Source of the DNA: Isurus oxyrinchus
Lineage: Eukaryota
Length of the DNA: 64,000 bases
Direction: 5' to 3'
Assembly: GCA_026770705.1 (NCBI GenBank)
Contig: JANJGN010000001.1
Location: forward strand, 100,254,001 to 100,318,000
This document shows positions 12,601 to 25,637 of this stretch, in pieces; position 1 is the first letter of the stretch, and the number at the start of each line of letters is the position of its first letter. A program made the position numbers and the translations under genes. A model generated the notes under the pieces. That model did no database searches. It was not told the DNA's origin and was given only the letters and a program-made list of their open reading frames with translations.

Positions 12601-14190
12601 GAACCTGGAAAAAGGTCCTGTTAAGTGAAGCTAAGAGTGAGGGGCAGAGAGAAAGGCTCCAAACTTCATGTTCAAAGTAAAAACTTGCAAGGGGCAGGAA
12701 GGTTCAAAGGGACAGCTGAAGTTCTGTAACTCTTTGTTATAGGCATATGAAGCAGTGGTGTACTGTTAATGTTGAGTTGGTGAGAGATAATGCATGGAAG
12801 GCCGCTTGAATACATGTGGTGACCCAGGGGAGAGGAACATCAGAAGGAGAGTTCGAAACCTTGAACCCTTGCAGAAGGCATCTGAGAGAAAACGTTGGTT
12901 TGGGAGAAGATTCCAAGGCAAGGTCCTGGAGAGGGGAGATTGGAAACCTTTGTGTCCAAGATGGAGTTCAGTGAGACTGGTTGGCTCATGGTGTGACAAG
13001 CATCTGGGGGGAGATGAGGGGAGATCCATAGCATCTGCCTGGGGTGGCATGTGTCACTTGGTTTCAGAGTGTGGAGTGTCTAAGCACAGTTTACATGGAC
13101 TGGGTACTTACTGCAAACATTAGAATATAAGATAGCTTTTGTGACTTATGTTATCCTTAAAAATCTGTATATATCTGTAAAGATATAGTTGTGGGTGAAG
13201 GAGTATTGAAGTATAATTCATCTTTTCTACTGAAAAAAATGTTTTATTCGTTTGTTAAAAGTTCATCAGCTGACCATTGTGCCTCTGTTCAATAGTGACT
13301 CTCCATGTATCTAAACAAACAAATAAAAGTTAGGATCTATCAAGCTGGGTTCCACTCTGGGATCAGGCTTGTCCAGGGGTAATCTCAGATGTGGAACATA
13401 ACACTATTTCCTACTGTAGTGCTATCTGTCTCTCCCGATATTCTTTGCACCTTGATATTCCTCTCTAGTATTACTTCCTGATTCACACAACCCTGACAAG
13501 TTAGTTTCAACACCTCCAACAGCAATAGAAAATTAACCCACAAGGAAATTAGTCTTGGCTCTGTTTAGGTGCAACATGTCCAGACTGTACAGGTCCTATT
13601 TCCCTCAGAACTGGCCCTAGTGTCCCAAGAATCTAAAGCCATTCCAACTGCACCATACGTTCATCTGCTTTCTCCTCCTATTTTTATGTTCACTTACGCA
13701 TGGCCCTGGAAGTGACCCAGAGATTATTACTTTGGGGGTCCTGCTTTCTATTTAACTAGCTCCCTAAATTCTGATTGCAGGACTGCATCCCTCTTTCTAC
13801 CTATGTTGTTTGTATCAAGATAGACCATAACCACTGGCTGTTCACCCTCCCCCCTCAAAGTGCTCTGCAGCCATTGCACTAGGAAGCCAACCATCTTGAA
13901 TTCATGTCTTGAACTGCAGAAACATATGTCAGTTCACTTAACTAATGAATCTCCAGTCATTATTGCTCATCCAGTCTTCTTCCTGCCCCCTCTGTATAGC
14001 TGAGCCAGCTGTGGTGCCATGGACTTGGCTCTGGCTGCACTCCCCAGATGAACCATCACTTTCATCAGTATTCAGAACAGAGAGTGAGATACACCCAGGC
14101 GACTCTTGCACTACCTGATCATTTCTTCTTGACTGTGTGGTGGTGACCCATTTCCTCCCTCCCTGCATATTTTTAAGCTATGGGGTGACT
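9606..14190 (-). mobile_element. Degenerate near-full-length CR1 LINE, interrupted by a solo LTR at ~12140-13403
   Basis: Minus-strand DVVYMDFEKAF (10328-10528), endonuclease remnants at 11400-12100, ORF1 remnants at 13500-14190. Confidence 0.85.
12140..13403 (+). mobile_element. Long solo LTR (Gypsy/ERV-type, ~1.26 kb)
   Basis: Non-coding block starting TG(ttgttagg) and ending (cataa)CA, with aataaa near the 3' end. It interrupts a CR1 that continues on both sides. No clean TSD seen. Confidence 0.6.
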
Positions 14191-15874
14191 ACATTGTGCT
14201 ATCCACATGAAGGCAAAGATGAATTGTCTGATTTTGTTGGAACTGCCCATTCTTTTTAGCTTGCCTTTTGTCCTCAGTTGCCTGTATTCTCAGCCACTCA
14301 AAGGAAACAAAGCCACTACTTGAGATTGCTCCCAGGTAGTTCTTTCTTGTGCATTCTTTTTCCAGTCCATGGTCAACATGCCACATTGCCTGAGGTTCAT
14401 CTTCAAGGCGAACCTTAATCTTGGCCTACCTCACAGGTGATGCCTAAATTTAAGTTGTGAATACCCTACTCTGTGACACACCCTTGCACCACTTGTTATG
14501 GCAAAGAGGTCAGTGTATTCACCACAGTCACCAACTTTGGCCGTCATTCCATCGTGAAACTGCTGTATCAGATTTACAACTCTGTCAGGACATCCAGGTT
14601 CGGCTAAGACTTTCCATAGGCCTCTCTATTTACTGTGTCAAAGGCCTTCATCAAGTCAACAAAGGCACTGTAGAGTCCCATCTGTTGTTGGCAGCATTTC
14701 TGTTGTATTTGCCCAAGGCTGAAGATCATGTCGTAAGTGCCTTTGCCCTTCCTGAACCCACTCTGACTTTCTGACAGTACACATTCTGCTATGTAGCTTA
14801 CCAGTCTGCTGAGGAGAACTTTTGCTAGAATCTTACCAGCTATCACAGGCAGCAAGATTGTGGTTGTCACACACAAAGGACTTTGTCCTTTTCCTTTGTA
14901 CAAGTGAACAATCGCAGCATCCTTGAACTCCTGGTTTGCTGATTCCACATTCGGTGATAAAATTATATGAGCTTGGTGGGTAGCTGAGGTCTCCCATATC
15001 TGTAAATTTCTCCTGGGATCATGTCTGAGCCTGGAACTTTCCTTGAGAGTAGGGATCTGGGTGCCTTTGTCAATCTCCATAACAGAGGGTTTGCAGTTCA
15101 GGTTTTCACATTTAGGCCAGTCTGGAAGTTTATCTATAGCTACGCCATTTACAGTGGATGGGTGGTTAAACACACCCCTAAAGTGCTCAGCCCAGCCACT
15201 CTTTGATAACTGTCCTTTCCATCAGGAAAGATTCCCCGTCACTGCTGAGCAGTGAGCAGCTGTGTCAGTGAGGACCATACTCAATCTACAGAAAGCTCCT
15301 CACGTCATGCTAATCAGCATAGACCTGAAGCCCTCTGGCTTGTTTGGCCCACTATGCATCTTAAATAGCTTCTCTTATAGGTTCTGTTTGCTCTCCTAAA
15401 GTGGTTTCTTAACAGTGGATGTATCTTTGTTTCCCAGCCGTGCTGCATATGCTACATTTTTCTCCTATAACGGTTCCCTAATTTGATTAGTGTTTCCATC
15501 AAACCAGTCTCAGTGGTTTATTTTCTGTGTTCCCAGGACATCATTGGCAGATTCCAGAACTATTGTTTTGAAGATTTGAACATCATCACTTGAGTTTTCT
15601 TCAGAGGACAGCTGTTCCTCAAATCTGAGCCGGAATTGTTCCCAGCATTCTGCGGGTGCCAGCTTCCCCACATTTAGCTTTCTTGACTGTCTCGTGCATG
15701 TCAGTCTTCCTTTTGGTGAGATAGTAAATTTCATCTTAGAGCGTAGTATCCTGTGGTCTGTAGAGCACACCATTCTGTTAGACAAACTCCCAAGCCTGGT
15801 TATGAAGAAGACATTGAAACTGGGATGCTTTGGGCAGAGACTGTTTATTGCAGAGCTTACTTTTCCTCTCAAAT

Positions 15875-17160
15875 ACAATCTCCCCTGTGCTGGCTAACTC
15901 TTGTTTATGACATCTTTTGCAATATCTCCTTTGCCTCCATCTATCACTGGCCCTCTATCCAGCTCTACCTGTCCCACCCCCTTAAACAGCTCATATTTCA
16001 CCACATTTCTCCTTCTCTTTAGCTCTGAAGAAGAGTCATACGGACTCAAAGCATTAACTCTGTCTTTCTCTCCACAGATGCTGTCAGACCTGCTGAGTTT
16101 TTCCAGCAATTTCTGTTTTTGTTTCAGATTTCCAGCATCTGCAGTATTTTGCTTTTATCTTGGATATTGATTAGTTAATTATACTCAGATCTGTATATAA
16201 CAAAGGTCAAAGGGGTGTTGATGGTGGTGATATTAGCTAAAGGAGGTGCTAATGGTGACATTTAGGTTAGAAAGCAGGATGAGCAAGTGACAGATGGCCC
16301 TAGTGGGGGTGGGGTGGGGGGAGGGGACAGTGTGGGAAAAAAGATTAAAATGGGCTAAAAGATGGAGATAAAATAATGAATGAAAATAAATTTTAAAAAT
16401 AATAATAGAAATAGGTGGGAAAAATAATATATATGTCAAAATTAAAAATAAACATTGGAAAAAGGGGGATCAGAAAGTGGGTGGGGATGGAGGAGAGAGT
16501 TCCTGATCTGAAGTTGTTGAACTCACTGTTAAATCTGGAAGGCTGTAAAGTGCCTAGTCGGAAGATGAGGTGCTGTTCTAATCTTCCGACTAGGCACTTT
16601 TCATCCTTCCGGACTTAACATTGAGTTCTACAACTTCAGATCATGAACTCTCTCCTCCAACCTCACCCCCTTTTTGTGCCCCTTTTTTCAATATTTATTT
16701 TTTAATTTTGACATATATATATTATTTTTCCCACCTTTTTCTATTATTATTTTTTTCATTGTTTAATCCCCACCTTTTAGCCTATTTTAATCCTTGCTCC
16801 CACACCATCCCCTCCCCCCACCCCCCTCCACACCCCTACCAGGGCCATCTGTCAGTTGCTCATCCTGCTTTCTATTCTTAATGTCGCCATTAGTGTCTCC
16901 TTTAGCCAGTATTACCACCATCAACACCCCTTTGACCTTTTGTTTATGACATCTTTTGCAATCTCTCCTTTGCCTTCACCTATCACTGGCCTTCTATCCA
17001 GCTTCACCTGTCCCATCCCCTTAAACAGTATATATTTCACCACATTTCTGCTTCTCTTTCTGATGAAGAGTCATACGGACTTGAAACGTTAATTCTGTCT
17101 TTCTCTCCACAGATGCTGTCAGACCTGCTGAGTTATTCCAGCAATTTTTTGTTTTTGTAA
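15875..17160. mobile_element. Penelope-like element pseudo-LTR cluster in direct plus inverted arrangement, with hammerhead motifs
   Basis: 16200-16567 and 16582-16945 are reverse complements. 15900-16120 is repeated directly at 16940-17160. CTGAAGA at 16025 and CTGATGA...GAAAC at 17060-17087. Confidence 0.8.
17056..17095 (+). ncRNA. Minimal type I hammerhead ribozyme motif (PLE-associated)
   Basis: CTGATGA-a-gagtc-atacg-gactt-GAAAC-GTT: canonical core, short stem II, palindromic ACGT stem III. The stem I 5' strand is degenerate in this copy. Confidence 0.6.
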
Positions 17161-17184
17161 TCATTATGCAACACCTGTTCACCT

Positions 17185-17642
17185 TAACAAAAACAGAATT
17201 ACCTGGAAAAACTCAGCAGGTCTGGCAGCATCGGCGGAGAAGAAAAGAGTTGACGTTTCGAGTCCTCATGACCCTTCGACAGAACTTGATTTCGAGTCCA
17301 AGAAAGAGTTGAAATATAAGCTGGTTTAAGGTGTGTGTGTGGGGGGGCAGAGAGAGAGAGAGAGAGACAGAGGTGCTTGTGTAGACAAACAAGCAGTGAT
17401 AGAAGCAGATCATCAAAAGATGTCAGTGACAATGGTACAAAAGAACACATAGGTGTTAAAGTTAAAGTTGGTGATATTATCTAAACGAATGTGCTAATTA
17501 AGAATGGATGGTAGGGCACTCAAGGTACAGCTCTAGTGGGGGTGGGGGGAGCATAAAAGATTTTAAAATATTTAAAAATAATGGAAATAGGTGGGAAAAG
17601 AAAAATCTATAAAATTTATAGGGAAAAAAAAGGGGAAAAAAG
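17185..17642 (-). mobile_element. Young PLE-derived element (same subfamily as 4095-4299)
   Basis: 17190-17288 is nearly identical to the reverse complement of 4162-4262, with a hammerhead-like motif at 17249-17286(-). Confidence 0.8.
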
Positions 17643-18829
17643 GGCACCTTATTACCTTAAATTACTAGGAATTTAACATCAACAGAACCTATTAAATACT
17701 AACATGCTCCTCTCATAAACCTGGTGAGCATAACATATTTTATGTTGCTCCACCAGTTAATGATAAAATCAGTTTGATGCCAGTGTTTAGAACTTGGTCA
17801 CACCCAAATATCTTTGCACTTTTCCTTCTGTCTAGAGATGGTGTTAGTGATTGACATATTCCAGCAGTTGCTCAGGAGAAGCATGTTATTGCTGTTGAAT
17901 TTGCCCAGCCCTGATTCCCTGGGACAGGGTCCCAAGCCTAATAGTCATCTCCTACCCTTGCATTGAAGTCTGCCATAACTGTGAGCCTGCCCTCCTGTGC
18001 AGAAATTGCAAATATCCAGATCCTCATTGAATTTTTCCTTGATATTGTTAGGATTAGTCATTGTTGAAGCATATGCAGTGATGATTGTTGCATACTTATT
18101 GTTCACAACAGGTTGGCGTAGAGTCATGAGGTAACTGTTTATGCCCCTGGGGACGGTATCCAAACCTTTTGCAATATCAGCCTGGTAGCAAAGACACCTG
18201 CCTCTCACTCTCACCCTTTGGCTTGCCTATCCTGAAAAATGTGTTGCTTGCTGATATTAGCTGGTCCTCTTCTACTAGGCAGGTTTCACTTAAAGCTCTC
18301 TGTCAGTGCTGGGGTCAGGAACTGCGGGTGAATAGTAAAGGAGTGCAGTTCGGGATATAACCTGATTTATGAAGGAGTTGGTAAGGTAAAAGAAACACCT
18401 GCGTGTGAGATGATTACAGTGGCGATAGGTTGCGCTTGGCCTGCACTATTATCTCAATCTTACACATCTGTTATCAATGGCTTGACAAGTCTAGCTAACT
18501 GGAAACGTGGTCGACTGCAGCACTTTCTGTGTCTGGAACAATGTGCTTTACAGCTGTCCACACAGCTGCGATGCAATGTTTTCAGTACCAATGAGGGAAA
18601 ACCATTTCCTCTGCTACATCCGTCAAGGCAGCTATTTTGTGCACTTGACAAAGGATGATTTGAACTAAGCGTACTCCCTCACATATGGACACCAGCCTGC
18701 ATGCTACCCTCACCTGGTTTGACCGGCAATCCAATACAGTTACCAGGGTGTGGCCGCTGCCGTTTACAAACAATTTTGTGAAGCCACGGGTGAGAACCAA
18801 GTGAGCGTCAAGTATCATTAACATCAAAA

Positions 18830-19490
18830 TGAATAACCTCACACTTCCCCACATTGTACTCCATCTGCCACCTTGTTGCCCAATCACTTCACCTGTCTTT
18901 ATCTCTTTTCAGCCTCTTTTTTGTCTAAGTCATTAATATAGATTCTAAATAACTGAGGCACCAGATTTGATCCTTGCAGCACTGCACTAGTTACAGCCTG
19001 CCAACTTGAAAATTCCCCATTTACCCTTACTCTCTGCTTTTTGGCATAAACCAATCCTCCATCTATGCTAATATATTACCCCACAACTCCACGAGCCCTT
19101 ATGTTGTGACTTTTATATGGTACCTTATTGAATGCCTTTTGGAAAGTATACTACATCTCCTGCTTCCCCTTTATCAACCCTACTAGTCACATCGTCAAAA
19201 AACTCTGATAAATTTGTCAAACATGATTTTCCTTTCATAAAACCATGTTGACACTATCTGTTTATACTTTAATTTTATGAGTGCATTGTTACGACTTCCT
19301 TAATAATAGATTCCACCATTTTCCTGATGGCAGGTGCCTGGCCTGTTCTGCTGTCCCTTCTTTCTCAAACAGCAGCGTTACATTTAACTTCCAATCTGCT
19401 AGGACTGATCTCAATTCTAGGGAATTTTGGAAAATCATTAGCAGTGCATCCGTTATCTCTGCAGCTATCTCTTTTGGAATCTTAAATCTT
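18830..19490 (-). mobile_element. CR1 ORF2 (RT) fragment
   Basis: Reverse complement resembles the CR1 RT segments elsewhere in the window (QHGFMKGKSCLTN, FQKAFNKVP). Confidence 0.75.
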
Positions 19491-19802
19491 TTGAATCTTG
19501 AGTTTTCAGCTCTCGACGAGCTGTGTCAGCTTTTCAGAAGCCTTTGCTAATTTTCTAAAATGGAAAGTACAAGTTCTGCATCAACCCTGTCCTAACTCTC
19601 AATTCCACTTCTCGCCTCTGCCCCCAACATCATGAGGATACAGAATGGTCCTAGCAGATTGGAAGTTAAATGTAACGCTGCTGTTTGAGAAAGAAGGGAC
19701 AGCAGAACAGGCCAGGCACCTACCATCAGGAAAATGCTGGAATCTATTATTAAGGAAGTCGTAACAATGCGCTTAGAAAATTAAAGCATGATAAGACAGT
19801 GT
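19251..19802. repeat. Local inverted duplication (~155-bp arms, ~240-bp spacer)
   Basis: 19251-19405 and 19648-19802 are near-perfect reverse complements. Confidence 0.85.
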
Positions 19803-20409
19803 GTTCTCAAGCAATAAACAAACCATTTCCTTTTACTGATTTACACCAGGCTGGTCTATAATAATTTTTTTGCTTTTTATAATGGTTCAGAAAAAGCTTC
19901 AGTTTAGAGGGTATCCTGAAGAGAATAATGAAGCTTCCAGAGAATTATATGGAAAAATAAGAGGGAGTTAGCATAGCTTAACGGAGGAAGATAACATCTG
20001 GCAAACTTATTGAACTTATTTGAGGAGATAATTGACCTAATAGCTATATTGCCTATGGGTTACTCTGGATGTTAGGGTGTTTTCTGAAGTTTTTATCAAG
20101 AGAAACCTTACCCTGAAGTTTCCATCTATGAAGAGGTTGTCATTTATGCGAACTCCTGCCCTCGCAGTGGGCTTGTCAATGGAATGACTGCACTAGTTAA
20201 GCAACTCAAAGGCAATTTGAAGGGTTGAGCAGCCTTTTAAACAACTGCTTCATCATTGTTTGAGCAGAGAAATTGACTTATCGTATTATCCACTTTAATA
20301 ATGCAATTCACACCAGAATCTTGAGAATGAAGGGTTGCATGTATGGAGTGAAAGGACATCTTCCACAAAGTTGAATGGTACAGAAGCCTGTTGGGAGAGA
20401 CCACATATC

Positions 20410-21312
20410 ATAAAATGATTCCAGTTCAGAAGGAGGCTGTTCAGCCTGTTGTGTCCACATTTCTGTCCAGATAATTGTCCAATCCTCTTTTGAAAGCCAC
20501 AATTTGAATCTGCCTCTACCACATCCTCAGGCAGTACATTCCAGAACTTAACCATTCACTGCACAAAAAAGATTTTTCCTCGTGTCGTCATTTCTTCTTT
20601 TGTAAATCACCTTCAGTCAATGTCCCCTGGCTGTCAATGCTTCCGCCAATGGAAACATTTTCTCCCCATCGACTCTGCCTAGACCCCTCAAGATTTTGAA
20701 TACCTCTATGGTCCTCTTAATCTCATCTCAGGGAGAACAGCCCCTGTTTTTGCAATCTATCCTCCACCCATGAATATTTCCTGTACCTTCTCGAATGCTT
20801 TCACACACTTAAATTAACCAAAGAACCAGAAAAGTTACAGCACAGAGAGAGGCCATTCAGCCCATCATGTCTGCACTGGCCAAAAAAGAAAAAAGGATAA
20901 AAAGACTAGCTGCCCATTTTAATCCCACCTTCCAGCACCCCAGTTCATAGCCTTGCAGGTTATGGCACTTCAGGTGCAGATCTAGGTGCCTTTTAAATGA
21001 GTTGAGGGTTTCTGCCTCCACCATCAAACCAGGCAGTGAATTCCAGACACCCACTACCCTCTGGAGGAAGAAGTTTTTCCTCATGTTCCCTCTAATCCTT
21101 CTACCAATCACCTTAAATATGTGCCCCCTGGTAATTGATTTCTCTGTTAGGGGGAAAACGGGGTATCCCTGTCTACTTTGTCAAGGCCCCTCAACATTGT
21201 ACACCTCAATCAGGTCACCCCTCAGCCTCCTCAGTTCCAAGGAAAACAACTCCAGCCTATCCAATCTTTCCTCATAGCTGCAAATCTCAAGCCCTGACAA
21301 CATTCTTGTAAA
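20410..21312 (-). mobile_element. Two adjacent CR1 3'-end fragments
   Basis: WNVLPEDVVEA (20295-20555) and RKNFFLQRVVGVWNSLP (20857-21111), CR1 C-terminal motifs. Confidence 0.8.
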
Positions 21313-21689
21313 TCAAATGTTTACCTGTAACACAAACCACTACAAGTATTATCTTTGTAACTGTCTACACAAATTTGAGGACATGGACCCAAGTCAGAAA
21401 GAAAAAGGCAGATCTGAATCAAACTGCCAAGGTAAGACTACAAAACAGTAGGAGGATATATAAAAACTGAAGAGATGTTCCAACTGCGATTGTCACAAAG
21501 TGTTCCCTTACATAAACTAACCCAATTCCCACTGTCCCATTCAAAACACGTATACACTTCAATTCAGTGCAGTCTTGTCAGGAAACAAAAATAAACACAA
21601 ATAGCAACTTAGAACTGAGCTGGTGTCGGACTGAAATTTCAAAAAGGGCTTGTTACAGTAAAGTTTTGTATAGCAGTAACTTGAGGGGC

Positions 21690-24600
21690 CTCAGCTCAGA
21701 TGAGCTGGAGTCCGAGCTTCAGCCACTGCGATACATCAGGAAGGGGGAAAGTTGCCTGGGCACTTCCTTCCAGGAGGGACTCACACCCATTAGGCTAGGT
21801 CCTTCCGATTTGGCCCATGGTCAAGGATAGGTAGGTATGACTTTAAGTGAGACAGGCATGGGAACCCAGAAGCTAGCAATGGAGGAGCTTCAGCCCCTGC
21901 AGTCGTCCAATAAGCTTGAGGTTCTTGCAGGTTGTGTGGATGAGAACAGGGACTGCAGGATGGATGAGCAAACTGGCCACAGCACTGTGGTGCAGGGGAC
22001 CATTCAAGTGGTGGGGGAGGGTTAGTAAAAAGGAATGTCACTATAGCAGAGGACAGTAGGGGGATATATATACAGTTCTCTGCAGCTGAGAGCATGAGCC
22101 GGGAGGGCTGTATTGCCTGCCTGGTACAGGGTGAAAGGTATCTCCTCCAGTTTGGAGATGAACTTAGACTGGGAGGGGAAGGATTCAGTTGTCATGGCAC
22201 ACGTAGGTACCAACAACAAAGAAAGCACTAAGGAAAAGTTCAGCTGAGGGAGTATGACCTGCTAAAGACTAAATTAAAAAGTAATAATCTCTGGATTACT
22301 ACCTGAGCCATGAGTAAATTAGCATAGGGGAAATAAGATTAGAGAGTTGAATGCATGGCTCAAAGATTACTATGGGAGAAATGGATTTCAATGCATGGGC
22401 CACTGGCACCAATGCTGGGGAAAAAGGAAGATGTACCATTGCGACAGCCTAAATCTGAACTGTGCTGGGACCAGTGTCCTCACAGGTCTTACTAGGGCTG
22501 TAGAAAGGGCTTTATACTAAATTGTTGGGGGAGGGTTCAAATGAGAGAGATTTGGAAAGTTAAAGAGGAAAGATAAGGCAATAGTGTAGGATAGCAATAA
22601 GAGTAATGGTAACCAGAGTGTAACAAAAAGGGACAGAGTGTACAAACATAATAATGCACCAGCAGATATAGGCAGAGTTGAAAAAAATGGCTTTAAACTA
22701 CAACGGGGGTATGGGGGTCAGGTGAAGGTTAATTTAGAATCCAAAGATGAAAGTTGAGGCAATAAAAAAGTATACCAATTTGGATAAAGACGCTGAGTGG
22801 TTAAGGAAGGAACAGAGAGTTTAATGATAATAGTGCATCGGAGAGTAGGGGAAAATGCAAGAAAAAACAGTTTTTAAAAAATTGAGTCATTTTATTTGAA
22901 TGTGTGGAGCATTGCAATAAGACAGATGAACGAATGGCACAAATAGAGATAAATGGCTTAGATCTAATCGTTATCACAGAGACATGGTTTCAAGGTGACC
23001 AAGGTTGGAGAAAAAAATTCCAGGGTGCACAACATTTCAAAAAGACAGGCAGAATAGAAAAGGAGTAGTCCTGATAATAGTGCATTAGTGACAAAGGATC
23101 TTGGTTTAGAAAATCAAGAACTAGAAACAGAATGGGTAGAGATTAGGAATAGTTGCATCTTCCAGTTCCATTCAGCTTTTCTTTTCCCACACCAACATAC
23201 TTTTCTATTGCCTTAACTTTTATCTTTGGATTTCTAAATCTCCCTTCAGTATGTGTGGAAATTAAAAATAGCAATGGTTAGAAAACACTGATGGGTGCAG
23301 TTTATAGGCTTCCTGATAACAGTTATGCCATTGGACCGAACATTAAACAAGAAATTAATGGAGCCTGTAACAAAGGCAATGTAATAGTTAGGGGAACTTT
23401 AATCTTCATCTGGCTGGTCCAATCAAATTGCAAAGATAGTCTGGAAGAACCTAGAATGGTTGTAGAATGCTTTTGTGACAGTTTCCTGGAGCAATATGTT
23501 GTGGAACCAACTAGGGATAATACTATTTTTGATCTAGTATTGTGCAGTGGGGCACAATGTAATGTCATAGTAAAAGATCCTCTGGGAAATAGTGATCATA
23601 ATAAAATTGAATTCCACATTAAGTTTGGAAACAGCATACTCCAATCACAAACAATAATCCTAAGCTTAAACAAAGTCAATTGCAGGGGTATGAAAGAAGA
23701 GTTGGTTTAAGGTTGATTGGGTAGACTAAAAGGTATGGCAGTAAATAAACAGTGAAAAGCATCTAAAGAAATAATTCAAAATCTTCAACAAAAATACATT
23801 CCTTTGAAAAACAAAAACTCGGTGGGAAAGATCCATCTGTGGCTTACTAAGGAGGTGAAGGATAGTATTAGATTTAAAAAGGAGTCTTATAATGTTGCAA
23901 AGAACAGTAGTAAGTCTGAGGATTGGGAGTCTTTTAGAAACAGCAAAGGGCCACCAATAAGTTGTTAAAAAGGGAAAAAAAGAATATGAGTGTAAACTAG
24001 ACAGTAAAATAAAAACAGATTATAAGAATTTTTACAAGTATATAAAAAGGAAGAGAGTAGCTAAAATAAAGGTTGCTCCTTTAGAAGGCGTACTGGAGTA
24101 ATTATCATGGGGAACAAGAACAGAGCAGATATTGAACAAATATTTTGTGTCTTTTTCACAGTAGAAGGCACATGTTACATACCAGAAATAGAGCTAATAA
24201 AAGTGGGGAAGTTAAGGCAATTAATGTCAGCAGAGAAAAAGTACTTCAGAAACTCAAGGGACTAAAATCTGACAAATCCCCAGGGTGTGATGGCTTATAT
24301 CCTTGAGTTCTAAAAGAGATAGCTGCAGAGATAGTGGATGCGCTGTCCACAATTTTCCAAAGTTCTTTAGATCCTGGAATGATCCCAGCAGATTAAAAAT
24401 TAGCAAATGTAACACTGCTATTCAAGAAAGGAGGGAAAGAGAAAACAGGGAGCCATAGGCAAATTAGCCTGTCATCAGTCATCAGGAAACTACTGGAACC
24501 TATTATTAAGGAAGACTTAACAACGCACTTAGAAAGCACAGGACGATTAGAACAAGTCCACATGGTTTTACGAAAAGAAATCTGTTTGACAAATTTATTA

Positions 24601-25446
24601 GTTTTTTGAGGATGTAGCTGGTAGGATAGATAATGGGGAGCCAGTAAATGTAGTATGTGGAGACAGAAAGAAGAGAGAATAAGATAAATGGGGCATTTTC
24701 AATTTGGCAGGCTGTGAGTAGTGAATGCCCCAAGCATCAGCGCTGGAGCCTCAACTATTTACTATCTATATTAATAACTTAAATGAAAAGACGGAGAGTA
24801 ATGTATCCAAGGTTACTGACAATACAAAGCTAGGTGGGAATGCAAGCTGTGAGGAGAACACAAAGAGGATGTAAAGTGATATAGACAGGTCAAATAAATG
24901 GCAACAAGATGGCAGATGGAGTATAGTGTGGGCAAGTGTGAGGTTATTCACGTTGGTCGTAAGAAAGGAAAAAACAGAATGTTTTTTTAAAAACATCAAA
25001 CTTGTAAAAGTTGATGTTCAGCAGGGCTTTGGTGTACTTGTACAAAGAACATAAAAAGCTGCCATGCAGGTACAGCAAGCAATTAGGGGAACAAGTGGCA
25101 ATTGGTTGTTATTGCAAGGGGATTGGAGCACAAAAATAAAGAAATCATGCTACAATTATACGGGACTTTGATGAGACCACATCTGTGTACAATTTTGGTC
25201 TTGATATTTAAGGAAGGATATACTTGCATTGAAGGCAGTACAGGGAACGTTCACTAATTTGGCTTCTGGGATGAGAGGGTTGACCCATGATAAGAGGCTG
25301 AGCAAATTGGGTCAATATTCTCTGGATGAGAGTAATCTCATTGAAAAATACCAGATTATGAAGGAGCTTGCAATGGTAGATCTGACACATCCCCTGGCTG
25401 GGGAATCTAGAACACAGGGGCACAGCCTCAGGATAAGGAACCAATC
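21690..25446 (+). mobile_element. Degenerate CR1 LINE(s): ORF1 esterase remnant and ORF2 endonuclease-RT remnant
   Basis: ORF1 HVGTN and WGHWH-type remnants at 22030-22510. Endonuclease GAVYR...DLVL...LGNSDHN at 23291-23710. RT remnants to 25440. Possibly two joined copies. Confidence 0.85.
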
Positions 25447-25449
25447 CTT

Positions 25450-25637
25450 TATTTTTATTATTTCATGGGATGTGGACGTTACTGGAAAGGCCAGCATTTG
25501 TTGCCCATCCTCATCGCCCTTGCTAGGCCATTTCAGAGATCAGTTAAGAGTCAACCACATTGTGGTAGGTCTGGAGTCACACCTAGGCCAGACTGGGTAA
25601 GATGCTCCAGATTTCCCTTCCTAATGGACATCAGCGA
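25450..25637 (-). mobile_element. tRNA-headed SINE related to family B LINE, 3' half
   Basis: Shares the family B 3' tail (catgggatgtgg...gcatttgttgcccatcc) and 5'UTR segment (aagagtcaaccacattg). Confidence 0.7.

Larger units (their letters stand above)
14190..18300 (-). mobile_element. RTE-clade LINE remnant, interrupted by PLE pieces at ~15870-17640
   Basis: ORF 14604-15173(-): FKDAAIVHLYKGKG...GKILAKVLL...ESQSGFRKG...DMIF...AFVDLMKAFDTVNRE. Endonuclease TIITAYAST at 17945-18214(-). Confidence 0.85.
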
